This document shows positions 45,093 to 48,701 of a DNA stretch of 48,701 nucleotides, piece after piece (within the stretch, counting starts at the first letter, position 1; every line of letters begins with the position of its first letter). A program made the position numbers and the translations under genes. The notes under the pieces were generated by a model that saw only the letters and a list, made by a program, of their open reading frames with translations, made no database searches and was not told the DNA's origin. The stretch is from a virus (lineage: Duplodnaviria > Caudoviricetes). The stretch is from IMG/VR virus record IMGVR_UViG_3300015082_000002, positions 1 to 48,701 of that record; one strand, written 5' to 3'.

Positions 45093-46023
45093 GGGCCGCG
45101 TCCGCCAGGATCAGGCGGCCGACAACTTCCACGACCTGAGGAACCACCGCGTTACCGAGAGCGCGCAGCCGCTCAGTGCGCCTAGCGGCGCCCTTGTCTG
45201 TCAGGGGGCTTAGTCCGTGCTCCCAAGATCCGTCCAGCCACGCGGGAACCCCATGAGCGGCTCTACCCAGTTCGCGTTCAAACGCCTCCCAGGATCGTTC
45301 ACCGCTGCGGGTAGCGAAGATGCATGACCGCCCCGCTCCCTGCTCCCCGCTCCCGGCGCTCCCTTGTAGTCCCGAGCGTTGGGGGTCGGATACCTCCCCC
45401 TGGCCTTGCCGCCCACCACTGCGCCTGGAGGCACTGGGGCCGACAACGTCGCCCCTGGGAGGGCCAGGAATACCCTGTCGCCCTTGCCCTTCTGGTACCC
45501 CGCGTTCAGTGGATCGTTCGCGGTGGGGGTAGGCCACGATCCAGACCCGGTCGCGGCGGTGAGGGGCACCAACGGCTGCCGCTGAAATACCCTCCCACTC
45601 CGCGTCATACCCGAGCGCGGAAAGGTCTTGAAGCACGTCCCCGAGTCCTTTCGACCGGAGTCCGGGGACGTTCTCCAGCAGGACATACCGTGGTCGTAGG
45701 TGCCCAACAAGACGACGGGCGACGTGAGGCCAGAGCCAGCGCGGGTCTTCTTGCGCGAGGCGCTTGCCTGCGAGGGAGAAGGGCTGGCAGGGGAAGCCTG
45801 CGGCGATGAGGTCGACGTAGGGTGTTCCCTCTCCGAGGTCTCGCACGTCCCCGAGGTTGGGGACGTCGGGCCAGTGCTTCCGCAGGACTGCGTTGGCGAA
45901 GGGCTCGATTTCGGAGAACCAAGCGGTGCGGAATCCTCCGGTGCGCTCGAGCCCGAGGTCGATGCCGCCGATGCCGGCGAACATGGAGCCAACCGTGAGC
46001 GGAGCAGCGTGTCCGTCAATCAG
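45085..46023 (-). CDS. C5 cytosine DNA methyltransferase, large chain
   Basis: LTVGSMFAGIGG, GFPCQ, LENV, PHRRDR, LRALGNAV. Confidence 0.92.
   Translation of the reverse strand: MIDGHAAPLTVGSMFAGIGGIDLGLERTGGFRTAWFSEIEPFANAVLRKHWPDVPNLGDVRDLGEGTPYVDLIAAGFPCQPFSLAGKRLAQEDPRWLWPHVARRLVGHLRPRYVLLENVPGLRSKGLGDVLQDLSALGYDAEWEGISAAAVGAPHRRDRVWIVAYPHRERSTERGVPEGQGRQGIPGPPRGDVVGPSASRRSGGRQGQGEVSDPQRSGLQGSAGSGEQGAGRSCIFATRSGERSWEAFERELGRAAHGVPAWLDGSWEHGLSPLTDKGAARRTERLRALGNAVVPQVVEVVGRLILADAARA
45210..46019 (-). CDS. Overlapping alternative-frame methyltransferase small chain
   Basis: WPTPTAND, YPTPNARDYKG and motif IX-like LNANWVEPLMGFPRGWT in a shifted frame. Confidence 0.7.
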   Translation of the reverse strand: MTDTLLRSRLAPCSPASAASTSGSSAPEDSAPLGSPKSSPSPTQSCGSTGPTSPTSGTCETSEREHPTSTSSPQASPASPSPSQASASRKKTRAGSGLTSPVVLLGTYDHGMSCWRTSPDSGRKDSGTCFKTFPRSGMTRSGRVFQRQPLVPLTAATGSGSWPTPTANDPLNAGYQKGKGDRVFLALPGATLSAPVPPGAVVGGKARGRYPTPNARDYKGAPGAGSRERGGHASSLPAAVNDPGRRLNANWVEPLMGFPRGWTDLGSTD

Positions 46024-46670
46024 AGCACGCCCTCGGACCGGAGGATCGACTCGAGCGTGGTGGGCTCGGTCAGGTCGGCCACGTCCACGGAGAACAGGGC
46101 CGCGACGTCCGCGAGGGTCGGCTTGTCCTTGGCCAGCCGCTCCTTGGCGATGGCCCAGACCGCGCGCTTCAGGGTCAGCGGCGTGGCCGCGACCTTCTGC
46201 TTGGCCTCGAGGTCGGCGCGCTTTACCTTGTCGTACAGGCTCAGCCCGAACTGGTCGCCCAGGTTCTTGAGGGCACGCTTGACGCCGTCGCTGACGGCCT
46301 CCTTCATGGCCAGCTCCTGGACGGTGAGGGACGAGCCCGAGTAGTCCTGGCCGTCGCCGTAGCCGACGTCGGAGAAGGTGACGGTGTCCGTCTTGCCCGT
46401 CTTGCCGACGTGGATCGTCACCTTGACGAGTGCGGAGTACGCGGCCTTGAAGCCCTTTTTGCCGTCGCGGCTGATCGGGTCGACGCCGAGGAGCTTCAGC
46501 TCCATCGTCTCGTAGCCCCAGCCGCCGATGCCGAAGATTTCGTTGGCGGTGCGGATCGCGTCGTGCGCCTCGATGTACGAGAGGCCCTTACCGCCGCCGC
46601 CCTCGCGCTGCTTCACGCGCTTCGGGTCGAGCGCCTCGCTGAGTCGTGCGTAGTCGGGCTCGGTGAGCAT
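46020..46670 (-). CDS. Rad52/Sak-family single-strand annealing protein
   Basis: QREGGGGKGLSYIEAH..ANEIFGIGGW, DVGYG, KEAVSDGVKRALKNLG. Confidence 0.9.
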   Translation of the reverse strand: MLTEPDYARLSEALDPKRVKQREGGGGKGLSYIEAHDAIRTANEIFGIGGWGYETMELKLLGVDPISRDGKKGFKAAYSALVKVTIHVGKTGKTDTVTFSDVGYGDGQDYSGSSLTVQELAMKEAVSDGVKRALKNLGDQFGLSLYDKVKRADLEAKQKVAATPLTLKRAVWAIAKERLAKDKPTLADVAALFSVDVADLTEPTTLESILRSEGVL

Positions 46671-46960
46671 GGTCTCCTTCGGTTTGGAAAGGGGTTTCTG
46701 ACGCGGCCCATGCCGGTTCTCCATCCGGTCGATTCCGCCGCACCCGCCGCATAGGGCGAGTCGCTTGTAACCCCAGCGTGGGTTTTGCGGGGTGGTCGCG
46801 TCAGGCTTGGGAAGGGGGTGCCCCCGGAGGCGGGGACTTGGGCGGCGTTACCACCTCAGCAGGCGTCCCTGCATCCTTTGGTAGCCGCGTCGGACTGACC
46901 CTCCGTAGCCGCGCGTGTCGGTTGCGTAATCCGACCTCATTCCGCGCGGATCTTGTGGCG

Positions 46961-47332
46961 CTAGGGCGTGATCGTCGGCTCGACGCTCTCGTAGCCCTTG
47001 CGAGTTACTAGGTATTCCTCGGCAACCGTGCGCCAAGCCACATCCTCTAGATGCGCCAAGCGCACGTTGCACCGAAAGCAGAGCAGACCCCGAACTGTCC
47101 CGGTCGCGTGCTCGTGATCTATCGCCAGCCGACGCCCAGCCTCGGGCTTCGAGCAGATGGCGCAAAGCCCACCCTGCTCCTCGAATAGCTCGTCGTACCG
47201 CTCAGGCGTGATCCCGAACTTGCGCCGCAACTGGCTTCGGCGGCGCGCTTCCTGGGAGTTACGGTTGTACTCCGCCACCTTCTGTGGGTTGGCCTTGCGC
47301 CATACGCGCTGAGCCTCTGCCTTTTCATACAC
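46961..47332 (-). CDS. Endonuclease VII-family homing endonuclease
   Basis: KFGIT, QGGLCAIC, LAIDHEHATGTVRGLLCFRCN. Confidence 0.92.
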   Translation of the reverse strand: MYEKAEAQRVWRKANPQKVAEYNRNSQEARRRSQLRRKFGITPERYDELFEEQGGLCAICSKPEAGRRLAIDHEHATGTVRGLLCFRCNVRLAHLEDVAWRTVAEEYLVTRKGYESVEPTITP

Positions 47333-48269
47333 GCGGGAACGCCTCGGGGTTCACGCCCTCGCGGCCGCGTCTTGGCCAGTACGTGCCGTCCGTGTCGAAC
47401 GTGCCCAGCTTCTCGGTGCCCTGGGTTCTGCAATCGCACAGGGAGTCCGGGAACGGGCAGTACGCCGTCGACCAGTTCGGCACGAGCTTCAACTCGTGGG
47501 TCTCGGAGGCACGGTCGAAGAACGTCCGCTGCTCCCGCGGCTGGACAGGCTCCAGCTCGTCGGTCAGCCAGGCCTCGATGGACTGGTGCTCGTGCTCGGC
47601 CTCGTCCTTCATGCCCGCGCGGATCGCGCGGCCCTGGGACAGGAACGGCAGCGACTTCTCGTAGTCACTGACGCGGCCGAACCGGCGCTTCGCCTCCCCG
47701 TGGATCTGGCGTGCGGGGAGAGGGTCGAAGTCGATCAGGACAGGCTCGGTCGGGTTGGGCCCGCGGGTCTCGTTCTTCGGTAGGTAGTAGACCGCGAGCT
47801 TCTTGGCGAGCGGCAGGCCCATCTTGCGGGCCGCGTGCCAGTAGAGGGACGTCTGGGCGATGTGCTCCTGCTTGGCGCCGTCGCGGATCAGGTAGCGCAG
47901 CGACTCGCCCTTCGTGGTCTTGAAGTCGGTCAGGACAAACGCCTTGAGGTCTGGGTTCCAGATCAGGGCGTCGAGCGTGCCGCCCCAGCCTGCGGGTAGC
48001 CACGGGGTCATGCTGACCTCGGCCATGTAGGGGACGCCGACCTGCCGGAGCATCCGGTGGATCTCCTCGTGAAGCAGCGTGCCGATCCAGAGGGGCATCG
48101 AGCGGACGAGATCCTCGCCCAGAGTCGGGGCGCCGGCGATGGCGAGCTGCGTGTGCCGGAGCGAGCCGATCAGGTCGGAGCTGGCGTGGGCGAGCCCGTC
48201 GGGGGTGCGCCGCGCCTTCATCAGCTCGGTGTGCAGGATCTCCGAGAGGTCGAACGGTAGGAGGCTCAG
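47325..48269 (-). CDS. PD-(D/E)xK (RecB/Cas4-like) exonuclease, probable CTG start
   Basis: IGTLLHE, GTLDAL, LTDFKTT, QTSLY; CTGA overlap at 48269. Confidence 0.8.
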   Translation of the reverse strand: MSLLPFDLSEILHTELMKARRTPDGLAHASSDLIGSLRHTQLAIAGAPTLGEDLVRSMPLWIGTLLHEEIHRMLRQVGVPYMAEVSMTPWLPAGWGGTLDALIWNPDLKAFVLTDFKTTKGESLRYLIRDGAKQEHIAQTSLYWHAARKMGLPLAKKLAVYYLPKNETRGPNPTEPVLIDFDPLPARQIHGEAKRRFGRVSDYEKSLPFLSQGRAIRAGMKDEAEHEHQSIEAWLTDELEPVQPREQRTFFDRASETHELKLVPNWSTAYCPFPDSLCDCRTQGTEKLGTFDTDGTYWPRRGREGVNPEAFPRV

Positions 48270-48701
48270 ACCAGGCCCAGATCGGCCAGGTTCTTCTCGG
48301 CCACGATCTTGCAGCGGTGGACGCGGAACTTGCCGTCAGTGCCCGACGGGATTGATGCGATGTCCTCCGCGGCGAACTCCGCTACGAGGATGCGGTATCC
48401 CGGCTGCCACTCCCGCAGGATCCAGTCCATCGTGGCGAGGTTGATCCCCGCGCCACACGCGGCTGAGGTGGTGTCGGCGTCGGCCACGGAGTACTCGTAG
48501 CCCACGGCGTAGGGCTCGCTCGTGTAGTACGGGCCAGTGCCATCTGCCTTGACGAGCTTGTAGGCGCGTATCGGGCCGGGCTGGTCTAGCAGCACCATCA
48601 GGGGCGTAACGCGCCACGCCTCCACCCCGTCGGCCTCGTAGAGGTCGGCCCCGGAGAGGATGGCCCCGGAGAGGTTGGCTCCGGAGAGGTTGGCTCCGGA
48701 G
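48266..48701 (-). CDS. Pentapeptide-repeat protein, 3' part
   Basis: LSGANLSGANLSGAILSGADLY then AYKLV...CGAGIN...DGKFRVHRC; frame open to the window end. Confidence 0.85.
   Translation of the reverse strand, partial: SGANLSGANLSGAILSGADLYEADGVEAWRVTPLMVLLDQPGPIRAYKLVKADGTGPYYTSEPYAVGYEYSVADADTTSAACGAGINLATMDWILREWQPGYRILVAEFAAEDIASIPSGTDGKFRVHRCKIVAEKNLADLGLV

Noticed and set aside
46755-46785. Twister-like GGTTACAAGC on the minus strand
   Set aside because: The flanking helix and pseudoknot partners could not be identified.

Overview
Apparently a near-complete ~48.7 kb, high-GC tailed phage genome. It is probably circular and broken inside a pentapeptide-repeat gene that wraps from base 1 to base 48701. 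An actinobacterial host is inferred from the GC content, an Lsr2-like gene, a LexA-type box and a GH25 lysin. Layout: (i) leftward early cassette region at ~0.9-7.4 kb; (ii) non-coding control region, a large structured RNA candidate and tRNA-Gln at 7.4-8.9 kb; (iii) rightward podovirus-like virion and lysis operon at 8.9-32.7 kb; (iv) tyrosine recombinase; (v) leftward replication/regulation arm at 34.1-48.7 kb. Most notable: a CCCGCCAG box immediately 5' of the ribosome-binding site (RBS) of nine early genes, with a complementary box plus anti-Shine-Dalgarno (SD) hairpin at the 3' end of the replication operon; a ~320-410 nt structured RNA next to the tRNA; a PolA split by four genes; a sigma factor split into sigma2 and sigma4 genes; about ten genes that seem to start at CTG, ATA or ATC; a two-frame overlapping C5-methyltransferase; and a 28-bp inverted repeat/pseudoknot bracketing the lysin and recombinase. 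All calls come from motif reading by eye; no searches were run.
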